From: Mobula hypostoma
Taxonomy: Eukaryota
Direction: 5' to 3'
DNA length: 64,000 bases
NCBI RefSeq assembly: GCF_963921235.1
Contig: NC_086097.1
Location: forward strand, 38,504,001 to 38,568,000
The notes under the pieces were generated by a model, which searched no databases, was not told the origin of the DNA, and worked only from the letters and a program-made list of their open reading frames with translations. Position 1 is the stretch's first letter, and every line of letters begins with the position of its first letter. The translations under genes and the position numbers were made by a program. Positions 1-12,932 of this stretch are shown here, piece after piece.

Positions 1-10
1 AAGTCAGGAT

Positions 11-147
11 CACAAACAAGAGAAAATCTGCAGAAGCAAGAAATGCAAGCAACACACACAAAATCCTGGAGGAACTCAGCAGGCCAAGCAGCATCTATGG
101 AAAAGAGTACAGTCGACATTTCAGGCTGAGACCCTTCCGCAGGACTG
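11..147 (-). mobile_element. Solo Penelope-like terminal repeat with degenerate hammerhead motif
   Basis: Same sequence as the ends of the GIY-YIG elements at 19.8 kb and 42.5-44.6 kb; AAGTCAGGAT direct repeat at 1-10 and 152-161. Confidence 0.75.
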
Positions 148-161
148 TTACAAGTCAGGAT

Positions 162-1500
162 GGCGTGTTATCTGATGGGCTGTGTTACGGGTGGTGTCGG
201 CATGATTTAGCTGCTCCTGTCCTTCTAGCTGAGAGAAACCTTGGGTTTCAAAGGTGCTGCCAGTTTTGACAAGTTGCTACAGTGCATCCTCTAGATAATA
301 TAAAATGCTGCTAATGTGCACTGGTGGTGGTGTAAATGGTTGTGGATGACATACCTATCAAATGCGCTACTATGTCCTGTATCGGGGCAAGCCTTCTGAA
401 TATTGTTGAAGCTGCACTCATTCAGGCAAGTGGATAGTATTCCCTCACACCCCTGACCTCAGCATCATAGATGGAGAGACTTTGGGACATTAGAAGGCAC
501 GTTATTCTATATGTGGCTATGCTAATACAGTTTGTACTCAATAACAATCCTCCAAGACATTGATTGTGGTGGATTCAATGATGACAATGCCATTGAATAT
601 CAGGAGGTGATAGCTAGATTTTCTTTTGTTGGATATTGTAATTGCCTGGCACTTGTGATGCCAATGTTACTTGCCATCTATCATCCCAGGCCTAAATACT
701 GTCCAGGTCTAGCTGCATTTTGTTGTGGATTGCTTATTATCTGAGTTGTAGCACATTGCGCTGAACATTGTGCAAACACCTCTAATTCTGACTTTACAAT
801 TCAAGGAAAATGGAGATAGATGGACTGAGAACATTACCCTGAGGAACTCCTGCAGAGATGTTGTGGCTCAGATGATTGATTTCCAACCACCACAACCATC
901 TTCTTCTGTGTTCAGTACAATTCCAACCAGAGGGTAAACCCCAATTCCCAATGACTCTAGCTTAGCTAGGGCTCCATGATGCCACTCTATCAAACACTTC
1001 CTTGATGTTAAGGAAAGTTACTCTCATTTTATCGCTGAAGTTCAGGTCTTCTGTCAATATTTGGAATAACACTCATGAAGTTAGGAGCTCAGCAACTTTG
1101 GCAGAACCCAAAATGAGCTTCTACGTTCAGGCCGTTGTTAAGCAAGTGCTGCATGATAACACCATTGATATTCATTCCCTCACTTTGATGGTCAAAAATA
1201 GACTGATGGGGTAGTAATTGGCCAGGTTGGATTTGTCCAGCTTCTTGTGAATAGGACATAACTGGGCTATTTTCTACGTTGTTGGGTAGATGCCAATGTT
1301 GTAGCTGTACTGGAACAACATTGGCCAAAAGCACAAATTCTGAAGAATAGTCTATAGTACTATTGCTGGAATGTTGTCAGAGCCGATTGCTTTGCAGTTT
1401 CCAATGCCTATAAATTTTGGGAGTGAATCAAATTGGGCTGAAGATTGGTATCTATCACACTACAGCCCACTGGAGGAAGCAGAGACGGATTATCCAATCG
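162..1500 (-). mobile_element. Degenerate non-LTR retrotransposon RT fragment (CR1-group-like; subfamily uncertain)
   Basis: Broken minus-strand frames resembling LINE RT (KIAQLCPIHKK, NYYPISL, HLLNNGL...HFGF). Confidence 0.65.
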
Positions 1501-1776
1501 CCACTTCTGGTTGCAGATTCTTTACTTTTATATAGTTTTAGAACATTTTACATATAAATCAACAGGAGAATACAAAAGCATATTTCAGGGCCAAAATCCA
1601 AGAGCATCAATACAAGTACTGACTGGTGTAAAGTACAGGAAGCATATCAAAGCTACAAAATCTGACAGAATCTGGAAACTTCAAGTTCCAGTTAGAATCT
1701 AGGATCTGCAGTTCCTTTACTGTTTACTTGTGTGTTGCCTATTAGACGTAATTGACAACAAAAAGAAATCAAATAC

Positions 1777-1905
1777 CTCTTCCATGGTAACCATAGCAAT
1801 GATGGCAACACCTTGCTCCCACACCATTTGCCAAAAATCAAGACAAGTTGTTTGGAGCGGTCCTTGTGTGGCAATGTAATTCCATTCCTTCCCTCCAACT
1901 ATAAC
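1777..1905 (-). CDS. PTPN21: PTPN21 coding exon 15 (PTP domain), 129 nt; gene continues beyond the left edge
   Basis: [43 protein letters not shown], with classic PTP motifs YIATQGP and DFWQMVW; CAG/GT. Confidence 0.96.
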
Positions 1906-2091
1906 CTGTAATAAGTGACGTGACATATTTAATAAAGAAAAGGCAGCCTGAAAAGGTAAAAACTTTGATAAAGCTAAGACTCAGTACCCAAGTTCAACAG
2001 AGTTTACAGAAATAACAGCAGAGGCTTTCCAAAATTCTAAAATTACAAAAGAAATACCACACACAAAAACACAAAAATATATTACAGCTAC

Positions 2092-2310
2092 CTTTATATG
2101 TGATGCATTAATGTAACCAGTATTGTTCTCCTTTGTCGGCACCAGCTCCACCCTAGTATCATCATAGGGAATAACATCTGGGAATCTATTTCTTTCTGCA
2201 TTTTCAGGCAGCATTGCAACTGTGCACTCAGTGCTCAGACTTTTCTTTGGAACTCTTTCATATTCTGTAAACACCATTTTTTGTTCCAGACGCTGCTCCA
2301 AAATTTTGCA
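2092..2310 (-). CDS. PTPN21: PTPN21 coding exon 14 (start of PTP domain), 219 nt
   Basis: [20 protein letters not shown]...[43 protein letters not shown], phase 0. Confidence 0.96.
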
Positions 2311-2454
2311 CTAACAATGTAAGCAAAAGTGATATTAAGTGTCAATACAACAAGCAGAGTATGAAAATACATTTCTGCATTAAGACTCCTTACCCAAACT
2401 TTTAAAAAATGTTTTCAATAAAGGATTTAGTGCTTTCCCAGCATATGTGACGAG

Positions 2455-3030
2455 TAAACTCTTCTCAGGCTTCCTTCCGGGTACAGGCATCGATTTCAAC
2501 TAATGTTTCGATGACAGACTGCCATTCATCCCTCCTGATTGGTTAGTCCTCAAACAATCAGGTTTCCACTGTCTCATCTTGTTTATAATTGAATTCCAGT
2601 TCTTTCTGAGAACTTCATCTTGGTTAAAATTCTTTTTCTCTAGTTTTATTTCTATGGCTTCCTTCACCAGGCGGTCCCAAAAGCTACTGTCATGGCTCAG
2701 TAGTTTTGAGCTGAAGTCAATCCTATAGCCATTGCGAATGCAATGTCCTGCTACCGCCAATTTCTCTGGGTAACCCAAACTGATACACGTCCTATGCACC
2801 TTGATGTGGGTTTCCACCATGCGCCGTCTGTCCAATATACACTACTCCACCAACTACTGTGATGCTCCAATGACTTCTGGGACTGCCTGGTGAAGGAAGC
2901 TATTGAAATAAAACTAGAGAAAATGAATTTTAACAAAGGTGAAGGCCTCACTCCAAGGAAGAACTTTCTCACTGAAACACTGGTTAAAATCGATATCTGC
3001 ACTCGGCTGGAAGCCCAAGAAGAGTTTATT
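2455..3030 (-). mobile_element. Penelope-like element fragment (GIY-YIG C-terminus) with inverted partial copy
   Basis: ORF 2500-2835 (LAVAGHCIRNGYRIDF...RLVKEAIEIKLEKKNFN) preceded by VYWT/YIGQT-like sequence; 2852-3030 is an inverted copy of parts of 2455-2705. Confidence 0.8.
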
Positions 3031-3534
3031 AATATTTTCAATAATTTTCTTCAATAAAATTATAATAGCTTATGAATGTATTTCAGTTTTTAGAGTGTTT
3101 TATTGACAAAGTTACAGAAATCAGTAATGAGATGACCAAACACAATAAGATAGGACATCTCACTAGGCTGAAATATGACAGTTTCAATATCATATTTTAA
3201 CTTCAGAGTTAAAAAAATACCTTTATTTAGAAGATCAACTGATATTGTGTACACTCTTAACATTAACGTTAAGGGAACTGTCATATTTAACCACAAATCA
3301 ATACCATTTTCAGTCATTCCTAGTTTGGTATAGCTTTAATTTTGTACACTTGCGGCAGACAGATCAGAGGGTGCAATAGAGAATTTCATTTCCGCTATGG
3401 TAAAAGATCCAGTAATCCAAACTGAGACATTACACATAATAATTAAAAATACAACTTAATGAATATACAGGAAACTATTTCCTGTATTTTTCTTATACCG
3501 TACAAATCCTTCTAAAATGAATCTTTGATTGGTT

Positions 3535-4372
3535 GGAGGCAGAGTTAAGATGGCACTAAACGGTGACTCCTCTGCTTGCATCTTCGAAGACAGCTCTATT
3601 TCCATCTTTAATATCTTTATTTCTCTCTTTCAGGGTTCTTTTGAAGACCCTGACCTGGAGTTGCACAGACTTTGGTTCTTTGCAGAAATGGGACCCGTTC
3701 TCGGGGTTTCAGGACTGGCCATTTTTGTTCGGCGTGCCAAGGGTTCAGCCTGAGAGTCTGGCTCAAATTCGAAAGCCTAAGATCTCGGGGCTCTGGAGAC
3801 GGGCGGAACTGAGGGTTGGTGTCACGGCAGGAGACTCGTGTGTCATCAGGAAGGCCGGTAAATCTTTTGCTGTGGGCCTGAAGACCCAAGATCTTTGCGA
3901 TCTTCAGGAACAGAGCTCGTAAAAAGTGACAAAACTGACTTTTTAACATTGTAAACCTGTGGGTTGTTATGTCTCCTGCTCACTATGAAAATGGGGGACA
4001 CCTCCCTCTCCCTTATTAGGGAGAGAGAGAATGTGGTTTGTTGAATGCCGGATGAAATGCCACAGTCTATGGGGTAACTGCAAGGTCTATGTATTTGCTA
4101 TCACCTAGCTCACTCTTGTGCTGAGCTGAACAGGTGTGCTTTATTTTTTGACTGGGGGTGGGGGGGGGATCGTTGCCTTACTGCCACTTATGCGCAGGAG
4201 GGGGGAGCTGGGGGGATATGCGTGGGAGGGAGGAGCTGGGGGGACTTGGGGTTCTCACGTTTTACCGTTGTTCATTCTTTGGGGGACTTCTGTTTTCGTG
4301 GAAGTTTGTGAAGAAAAAGCATTTCAGGATGTACATTGTACACATCTGACATTAAACTGAACCTTTGAACCT
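3535..4372 (+). mobile_element. Non-autonomous retroelement-like repeat (AAGATGGC head, ATTAAA + GAACCTTT tail)
   Basis: GC-rich island in an AT-rich intron; head and short tandem tail resemble the 29.8-30.4 kb element; no credible protein. Confidence 0.55.
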
Positions 4373-4860
4373 ACAAACTAAAAATTTTTAACCCAAAAAT
4401 CTGTACCTTGCAACTCAGTTATTTGCCTGCCTTGTTCTCTTTCCCTCTCCTTAAATTGAATCTCTTTATAAATACTAAGTTTACAATACTTTCCATTTGA
4501 CAATATAATCACACTACAATAAAATCATTTAACATTTAAACCTGATAACTTTTCATTCAACTGCTAATCTACAGGTGCACTGTTCCAACCATAATTATAG
4601 AATTGCAAATAAGCAAGCATTCTGGGCAGCTTTTCTGTAAAAACACAAATTCCAATTGCTGGGTCCTTTTCAATTCACCAAGTTCAAACACCAGAGGAAT
4701 AGGAAAATGTGCATATATCTAACAGAACTGTATAATAAATATTTTTGCAACTCAAAGCTGCTAGCCATATTTTTATAACATATTGTCTTTGGCAGATGAC
4801 TGACTGTTCAAACTTGACATGCATTCAAAAAGAAAAAATATGAAAGACATAATTACATAC

Positions 4861-5004
4861 CCGCTCATCAAATGGTGTTTGGATGGGCTCATTTTTAACT
4901 GCATCAGGTAAAGGTTTTTGAAATGGTGTCAAACCATTTAATTCTGCCATCTTTAATGGTCCAATTGTCCTAATATCAGATACACAATCTTCTTTTCTAA
5001 TAAC
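4861..5004 (-). CDS. PTPN21: PTPN21 coding exon 13, 144 nt
   Basis: VIRKEDCVSDIRTIGPLKMAELNGL...PFDER; AAG acceptor is the in-frame choice, GTATG donor. Confidence 0.88.
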
Positions 5005-6557
5005 CTTAGAATGATAAAATAATCCAAAAGTCAACAGTTATAAACATGCTAATCGAGAATATTTTATCCTTTTCAGTGTACAGAACCTGCATGAAAAAAA
5101 TTGTTTGCCAATCATGTAAATAGCCAACTCAATCTATCCAGATTTTAAGAATAAATCACATTTTTAGTTAAGGCATAGTGATAAACTCACAAAATAAGCA
5201 GTTGATAAATAATGAAGAAAGGATAGCCTTCTTTCATTTGAAATATTCTTCTTAAAATACACATACTATTTAGCATGAAACCACCTTATGGTTTACGTTG
5301 ATGTGCCAGCACATGAATGTTCACAACTATTCTCTCTGCTGCCATCTCCTGTATTCTCTCACACTTAGTCTAGACCTAGTCTTTAATTCATTAACTATAA
5401 CCTATGAAAAGCAAAACAAAAACTCCCCCTAAAGGCCAATCTGTAAATTAATTTTTGACTGAGAAACTCTATGCAAGTCAACCACATAGAATTTATATTT
5501 TTATTTTCGATAGAATGCCTCATGTTTTGTCCTAATTGCTAATACTCAAACGGATCAACCCCATTTATCTCTATGACACATTTGTCAGTGGCATGGTGAT
5601 GAGGCTGGAGAAATAAAAGCTTGGGCTTTGAGCTCATATTTAAAAAATATTATCAAGGAAATAATTAAGCCTGAACTACTCTAATTATTCTTATAATATT
5701 AGTTTAGTTATGCATTATGGGCTCTTAAATTTTGTCAAACAGCAATACCAAAAAAGTTGCCAAAGTGAAGCAGAAATTTAAAAATGCATAAACAGGCCAA
5801 AGTCAGAGGTCATGAGTTCCAGAAAAGCACAGAAGCAGGAAGAGGTCAGTTTGCCCCTTGAACATGCTCCACCATTCAGGAAGATCTTGGCATCAACATC
5901 TAATCGCTCCTCATATTCCTTAAGCTTCTTGACTGAAACGACTCTGCCTCCTTAGCTCTCTGGGGTAGAGAATTCCTAGGATTCATGGGCCTCAGAAAAG
6001 CAATTTCAGCATGATTTGCAATTCAAACATTACCATTTATCACAATTGTTTTCTATTATGTAACATTTCCCCAATCCAATTCAATAAATTAACCCCAAGT
6101 TCTAGTCACCACACTACAGGATAATATTATTACACAGGAGAGGGCGCAGTGGAGAGTTAAGCCAAAATAGAGAAAGTGGCTAAGTTAGAATTGGATGAAA
6201 CTGGGTGAAGACTTATTTGGAGAGTGTAAAATTGGAAGCATCTACATACAGCAAATAGAAAAGACATTTCTTTTAATGGCTCAAAAAACTAGGTACAGGT
6301 ATTTGAAGTAATTGGTAGAAAAACAGTATTTCCCCCCACCCCCAAGAGGATGGCAAGGTAGGGAACTCATGATATAAAAGGGCAGAGAAAGAAACCTTCA
6401 CCACATTTACAAAGTGGTTGGATTCATATTTGAAGAGCTGTGGCCTTCAGGACAAAATACTAATGCTGAAAGTCTATATTTTTGAAAGATCTGTTTTCTA
6501 TTTAAAACAAAAAAAAGATTTATGGTGATGACACAGAATCAGCATTAAGCTACTTAC

Positions 6558-7954
6558 TCCAAGTGGTGGGAGACCATCCATTGCATTTAGTCTTCCATAA
6601 AGAACTTCAGACATGGGTCTTCTCTTGGAAGATATTCTTCTTGCTTGTCTTCTTCCAACTGTATTGAGTTCAGATTCAGACACTGATGGAAGATACTGTA
6701 TTGATTCCATTGCTCCCCTTTCTCGTGCTTGCTTTTCTAAACCCAGCTGATTGCTTAATGCAGGGGCAGAGCTATTTTGATAGTCTAGCAATGGCTCAGA
6801 GGGTTGGTTTAACATAGTGGGTAAATGGGCCGCAGATTCAACAGGAAGCATTTGTAATCTCTTCTCAATGTACCCTGAATCATACTCATTGTCACTGCTG
6901 TGAATCAGCACTGTTGCATCTGAGAGAAATCTCCCATGATTATAACTTCTGTCTTGATTAATTTTAGCATCTCCTAGTTTTGTTCGCTCAAAGTAAATAC
7001 TAGGTAGTGAACCTGCAGCGGTTTCCGGTGTTGAACTCATCTCAACACCTGGTGCAGATATGGTCCTCTCTTTTATCCTCCAGCTCTCAAAATTGTGCAT
7101 TAGTCCAGCAATCTCAATGCTATTACGCTTATGGGTGTTGCCATGTAATCTTGCAGAAGTTAGAGGTTCACTAACTTCTTGCAGTGAATGTGCAACAGGC
7201 AAACTATCTTCCTGAAATGTCTGTACAGAGTGATGTACACGCCTGGTTATCAGATCTGGGTTGCTGCTGCTTACATACAGATGTCTTGAAAGATCAGGTG
7301 TACTATTTGCAGGTCTTGGATAAGGATACGGAGGTGGAGGCCTGTACACTTGAGTTCTTAGCATATTTGCTGCACTGTAATCCTGAGTGTGTAACTGAGC
7401 ATTAGTCAATTCCGGCACACTAACAGCCCCAACAACAGGACGTCGTTCAACTGAATTTATATATGGTGACTGACAATGAAAGCTGTAGTTCAAATGCAAA
7501 GGGTACGGATTCACATTTTGGGAATTGAATGGAGGCTGCTCTCGGATTTCTGGCTGGCTGTAACCAAGCGGATCAGATCTGTTGTAAGCATAGGAATTGC
7601 CTATGCTGAGATTTCGCATTGAATGACTCTGTCTTTCATTATGAATCATGCCACGATTGAGCTGCCTCATAACAGTTTCATAATCTGGGGTTGGTCTATA
7701 GGAAGGTGGAATAATAGTACTATGTCTGTTTGTTGGGATGTAATCTCCTCTCATTATATCACTTCCTGTGATACTCGGATTTGAAGACATAGGAGATGCT
7801 TGCATAAAGTGCTGTGGATTATTTAAAGAGCTTGTACTATGTGCACTATAGATACTGCCATTTCGGATTCGGCCATTGTATTCATATGGAGGTCTGTCCA
7901 AACTTGTTTGAGATCGATAAAAACAGCTATTTTGATTGTTCATGTAGAGATTGT
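6558..7954 (-). CDS. PTPN21: PTPN21 coding exon 12 (large linker exon with PPxY motifs), 1397 nt
   Basis: Inside ORF 6498-8012: (D)NLYM...[15 protein letters not shown]...[21 protein letters not shown]...GLPPLG; CAG acceptor 7955-7956, GTAAG donor, phases 1 to 0. Confidence 0.96.
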
Positions 7955-8892
7955 CTGAAATAAAAAGGTGAAAATTATGTAGAATCAGTAAAAGCACTGA
8001 CCTCCAGAACACACAATCACAAGTTCAGCAATGAAATGACTATCAATTTTAGTGATCAAAATCAGGCAGTTTTTGTGTACTGGAAGCTAAGTTTTAACAC
8101 AAGTTAGATCTATAGAAATAGTCATAGTTACTTTAAATTGTTAAATACATTATATTCCAATAAAATTCAACAGCTTCAATTTAAAACTGTTTCCCAAAAT
8201 TTCAAACAAAAAACTAGCACATTCTAAAATAAAGCCAGCTAAGAGGTTATAATTTGTTTTAAATCTTATTTAATCATATACATTTGTTATCCAAAGTCAT
8301 GCCCAAAACAAAAAATCTCTGCTACTTCTTTAGAGCTACTAACAAATCATGCTTGGGACTAAAAATAGTCTGTGACTGGAAACACTTGTTAATCTGAAGA
8401 CATTAATTCCAGTGAATACACAAGCTTTGCTGATTTTAGTTGAGCAAACAATTGGAAGCACAAGTGTAGACACTGCCCCTGAATGTAAAGAAGGAATTAA
8501 TTTTGCTTTCACTTCTGTTAGAATGCAAGCGCTAGAATGTCAGAAAAAGTTGACAGAACAATGCTCTTGACTAGGCCTGATGAAACTTTTCAGTTAAGGT
8601 GGCATATATTGGTACAGATACTTGACTTTTTGTTAAGTTCATTCATTCTTCTATATCTGGACAATCCTGTCAAGGCAAACATTCAGTGCCCATCCCCAAT
8701 TACACCAGGTGGAAACCCACTTCTTTTAACTGGGGCCACTCTTTCGATTGTCATTTTTCATGATTCCACTAGGCTGGAGGTTGCAATGCCAAGATCACAA
8801 GTTTAAGGGATGTTGTGAGAACGGCCAAGGCAAGTAATTGCAGCAAATATGTTTTGGCTGAGAAGACCAATTCGGGGCAGGTGGTTGTGGAG

Positions 8893-10263
8893 CAGTGAAA
8901 CCCCGTTATAACATGATCGTTTGGGTCCATAAAATGTCACTGCGAAAAAAAGCAGGGTTGTGCTAAATCAGGGTTGTTGTTACTGTAGAAATTAAAACAC
9001 AGATTAATTTTTAGTAAAGCTTTTTAATACACAAAACAAAAACCAAGAATATTAGTAATCATCATTTACAGTTTATTTCCTAAAAAAGTGATCGCGTGTT
9101 CCTTGCTTGAACGTAGCATGTCGCTGGCTGTGAGTGAAATCTAGAATGATTCTGAGTTGGAGGTTTTTTTTTTATGTGGTCCGCCTCCTGGGTCTCCAGC
9201 CAACGGAGGCTAGCCTTGAGGTGTTCAATGGCTTCAGACACTTTTGGGGGTGGGGGTGGACGCTCTTCATTATCACCTTGTGGCTCGAGAACTGGTACAC
9301 TTGTCTCCGCTATAGTTACATTATGGACGATCTCAGTGTCCAACAGGTGCTCATATGTTGGGCATTCATTGTCGGCAGAGTACCACGCTTCTTTGTTCCG
9401 TTCAGCTTCTCTGCCTCACGCACATCTTCCTCTGTGAAGGCCCGTCATCATCATCTTCTGTGGTGGAGTGGTGTGATGAAAAGGCTGGCCTCAGACTCTT
9501 CTCCCAGCATTTCTCCACGCGTGACGAGCTGACTGCTGCCCAGGCCTTCCCACCTAAGTGGCAAACTTCCTTCACGTTCAGGCTTTCCTGATAGGCTTCA
9601 AGTGTTGAGTCGTCTACAATTCTACAAATTAATTCCTGCCTGTAATTCTGCTTGAACACAGAGATGATCCCCTGATTTAGGGGCTGGATCTTGGACATAG
9701 TGTTCTTGGGGAGGTAAGAAACTCAGATCTTTCCATTATGGCTTACTATGTTGGCAGCTGGCGGATGAGCAGGACAGTTGTCAAGCAAAAGAAGAGTTTT
9801 GGGTTCCAGCTTTTGCTTACGCAAATGAACGCAGACAGCAAGGACAGAAGTTTTGTGAAACCAATCCTCAAAGATGACACTTTCCATCCAAGCATTGCTG
9901 CTATGTGTGTACTCAAACGGTAACGACTTCATGTTGACATGGTGGAAACAGCGGGGTGAGCGAGATTTGCCAATCATGAGCGGTTTTAACTTGTATTCCA
10001 ACCCTGTTTACACAAAACAACATCACACGATCTTTGCGTTGTTTGAACCCCTCACGTTGGTGGAAGAGACCTGAAATGATGGGAGAAGACGGTGGCGGGG
10101 GGCGGGGGAGGAACGAAGCCAAGAGCTGGGAAGTTGTTTGGCAAAAGGGATACAAGGCTGGAGAAGGGGGAATATGGATTGACATGGACATGTAGTCCAA
10201 TGACTCATCGCATTATATTCGAATTTGCGTTAAATCGGGGCACGTAAAATCTGGGTTTCAGTG
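8893..10263 (-). mobile_element. Decayed pogo/Tigger-family DNA transposon
   Basis: Imperfect TIRs CAGTGAAACCC / GGGTTTCAGTG followed by TA; broken DDE_1 frames KLKPLMIGKSRSPRCF...NAWM...LLLLDNCPAHP...IQPLNQGIISVFKQNYR. Confidence 0.88.
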
Positions 10264-10379
10264 TACTTGAATCAAAAGTACTACTTTGGCTTAAATAATG
10301 TTAATCTTGAATATTGCTGAGCTACAATTGTCCAAGCAATAAAAATATTTAATCACATTCCTGAATCACATACACTTCC

Positions 10380-11170
10380 AGATGAAATACAGGTTTGGGA
10401 AGTGTATGGTCATGCATTTTGGTAGAAGAAATGAAAGGGTTACTATTTCCTAAATGGAGAAAAAACTGAGGTGCAAAGGGACTTAGACGTCCTTGTGCAG
10501 GATTCCCTAAAGGTTAATTTGCAAGCTGAGTCTGTGATGAAGGAGGTAAATGTGATATCAACATTAATTTCAGAAGGACGAGAATATAAAAACAAGGATG
10601 AAATGTTAAGACTTTACAAAGACTCACTTGGAGTATTGTGAGCAATTTTGGGCCCCTCATCTCAGAAAGGATGTGCTGAAACTGGAGTGTTCAAAGGAGG
10701 TTCATGAAAATGATTCCAGGATTGAATAGCTTATCATGTGAAGAGCATTTGATGGCTCTGGGCCTGTATTCACTAGAATTCAGAAGAATGAGGACTAACT
10801 TCTTTGAAACCTATCGAATGGTGAAAGACCTTAATAGGATGGATGTGGAGAGGATGTTTGTTATGGTGGGAAGGTCGAAGACCAAAGAACAAGGTGTCAG
10901 AGAAGAGGGGTGTCATTTTGGAATGGAGATAGTGAGGAATTTCTTTAGCCAGAGAGTGGCTTAGCTGTGGTATTTGTTGCCACAGGCAGCTGGGGAGGCC
11001 AAGTCTTTATGTATATTTAAGACAGAGGTTGAAAGGTTCTTGATTGGTCAGGGCATGAAGGAATAAGGGGAGAAGGCAGGAGAGTGGGGCTGAGAGGAAA
11101 CTGGATCAGTCACGAGGAAATGGCAGAGGAGATGTGACGGGCCAAATGGCCTAATTCTGCTTCTGGACTT
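10380..11170 (+). mobile_element. 5'-truncated CR1 LINE
   Basis: CR1 ORF2 C-terminus (LGLYSLEFRRMR...NFFSQRV) and GGCCTAATTCTGCT 3' tail. Confidence 0.88.
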
Positions 11171-11649
11171 ATTTGAGCATTGTAGAAGGTGGCTTACCTT
11201 TTGAATGTCAGGATGTCAATTTGAGCAGGAAACGGGGTCTTTAACTTACTCCTGCAGCTATAATATGTACATGGCTAGCTGAGTTGGTGTCAAAGATAAG
11301 CTCTCAGGATGTTGATGGTGGGAGGAACTTAGTGATGTTAAATGTCACTGAGTGGCAAGAACAGGTCACCAAACACACTTTTTAGGGATAACCACTGCCT
11401 AACACTTGTCTTGTGCCATCAGTTACCATTTAGCATTGCAGATATGGACCAACCTCTCAGTGTTGTCTATACAAGCATGGACTGCTTCTTTTTCCAAGGA
11501 AATAAAAATAGAATTAAACATTTCATCTTTACCCAAATAGACCAGCTCAATGTATCTGGTTTTCTTCAGGCTCTGACATACACCCTCTTATTTGTTTGTA
11601 CCCCTGCAACTTATTCTCTCATATACACTTTTTTTTTGCTATTTACCTA

Positions 11650-11790
11650 CAGTAATGGATAACTTACAACTACCAATTAACCTACCAGCATATGTTTGTA
11701 GTTAAAGAGAAAATATGCAAACTCTGCAAAGACAAAACCCAAGATTCAGCTTGAACTTGGTTCACACAGCTATGCGGAAGCACTAATTTT
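11650..11790 (-). mobile_element. Degenerate tRNA-derived V-SINE-like fragment
   Basis: Reverse complement resembles the SINE at 28827 (B-box remnant, GAGTTTGCA, GGTAGGTTAATTGG). Confidence 0.45.
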
Positions 11791-12034
11791 ATGAAGAAAT
11801 AAGGTCACCAATAAAACTGCTAAACATGGTCAGGACAGGCCTGAGACACTGTCCTATGGGACTTCTGAAGTGAGAACCTGGGAGTGGATAACTGAATTCC
11901 AACAACAGCCACCTGCCTGTGTAACAAATGCCTTCTCAGTGACCAGTTTTATTGGATTCCCTTGCACCACTCTCCAAAAGAATATTTATATATGCATTAT
12001 GATATTAAAATACAACCCAGGAATGACCAGGTTA

Positions 12035-12425
12035 ACATCTGGGCCTGTACTCACTGAATTTCATAAGAATGAGAGAGGGGAACTCACTGAAACCTTTCAA
12101 TATTGAAAGGCCTAGATAGAGTGGATGTGGAGAGGATAGTTCCTATAGTGGAGGAGTGTAGGACCACAGGGCACAGCACATCAAACAGATGAGGAGGAAT
12201 TTCTTTCGCCAGAGGGTAGTGAATCGGTGGATTCATTGCCAAAGATTGCTGTGGCAGCCAAGTCATTCAGTATAGTTAAAGTGGAGTTTGATGGGTTCTT
12301 GACCAGTAAGGTTATGGGGGAGAAGGCAGGAGAATGGGGGTGAGAGCGATAATAAATCATCCATGATGACTGGCGGAGCAGACTCAGTGGGCTGAACGGC
12401 CTAATTCTGACCCTATGTGTTATGA
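12035..12425 (+). mobile_element. CR1 LINE 3' fragment
   Basis: Similar to the 3' half of 10380-11170, same tail. Confidence 0.85.
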
Positions 12426-12932
12426 TCTCTGGAAAAATAGGAAACAAACGTACCTATAAAAAGTATTCACCCCCACCCACCCCCGGGAAGTTTTCATGTT
12501 TTATTGTTTTGAAACATTGGATCACGGTGGATTTAATGGCTTTTTGACACTGATCAACAGAAAAAGACTCTTTCATGTCAAAGTGAAAACAGATCTCAAC
12601 AAAGTGATTTAATTTAATTACAAATATAAAACACAAAATAATTAATTGCACATCTATTCACCTCCCTTTAATGTGACACTGGTGCAGCCAATTTATTTTA
12701 GAAGTCACATAATTAGTTAAGTGGAGATCTGTTTTTGGAGACTTTTGTGCAGTCAAGGTGTTTCAATTGATTATCGTAAAAATACACCTGTAACTGGAAG
12801 GTCCAACTCTGGTGAGTCAGTATCCTGGCAAAAACTACACCATGAAGACAAAAAGAACACTCCAAGCAACTCCAGGAGATGGATACAAGAAAATTTCCAA
12901 GTCAATGAATATCCCTTGGAGTACAGTTAAGT

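Noticed and set aside
8893..10263. Domesticated TIGD/Jerky-like gene
   Set aside because: Stops and frameshifts, missing N-terminal domain, TIRs retained: a decayed transposon.
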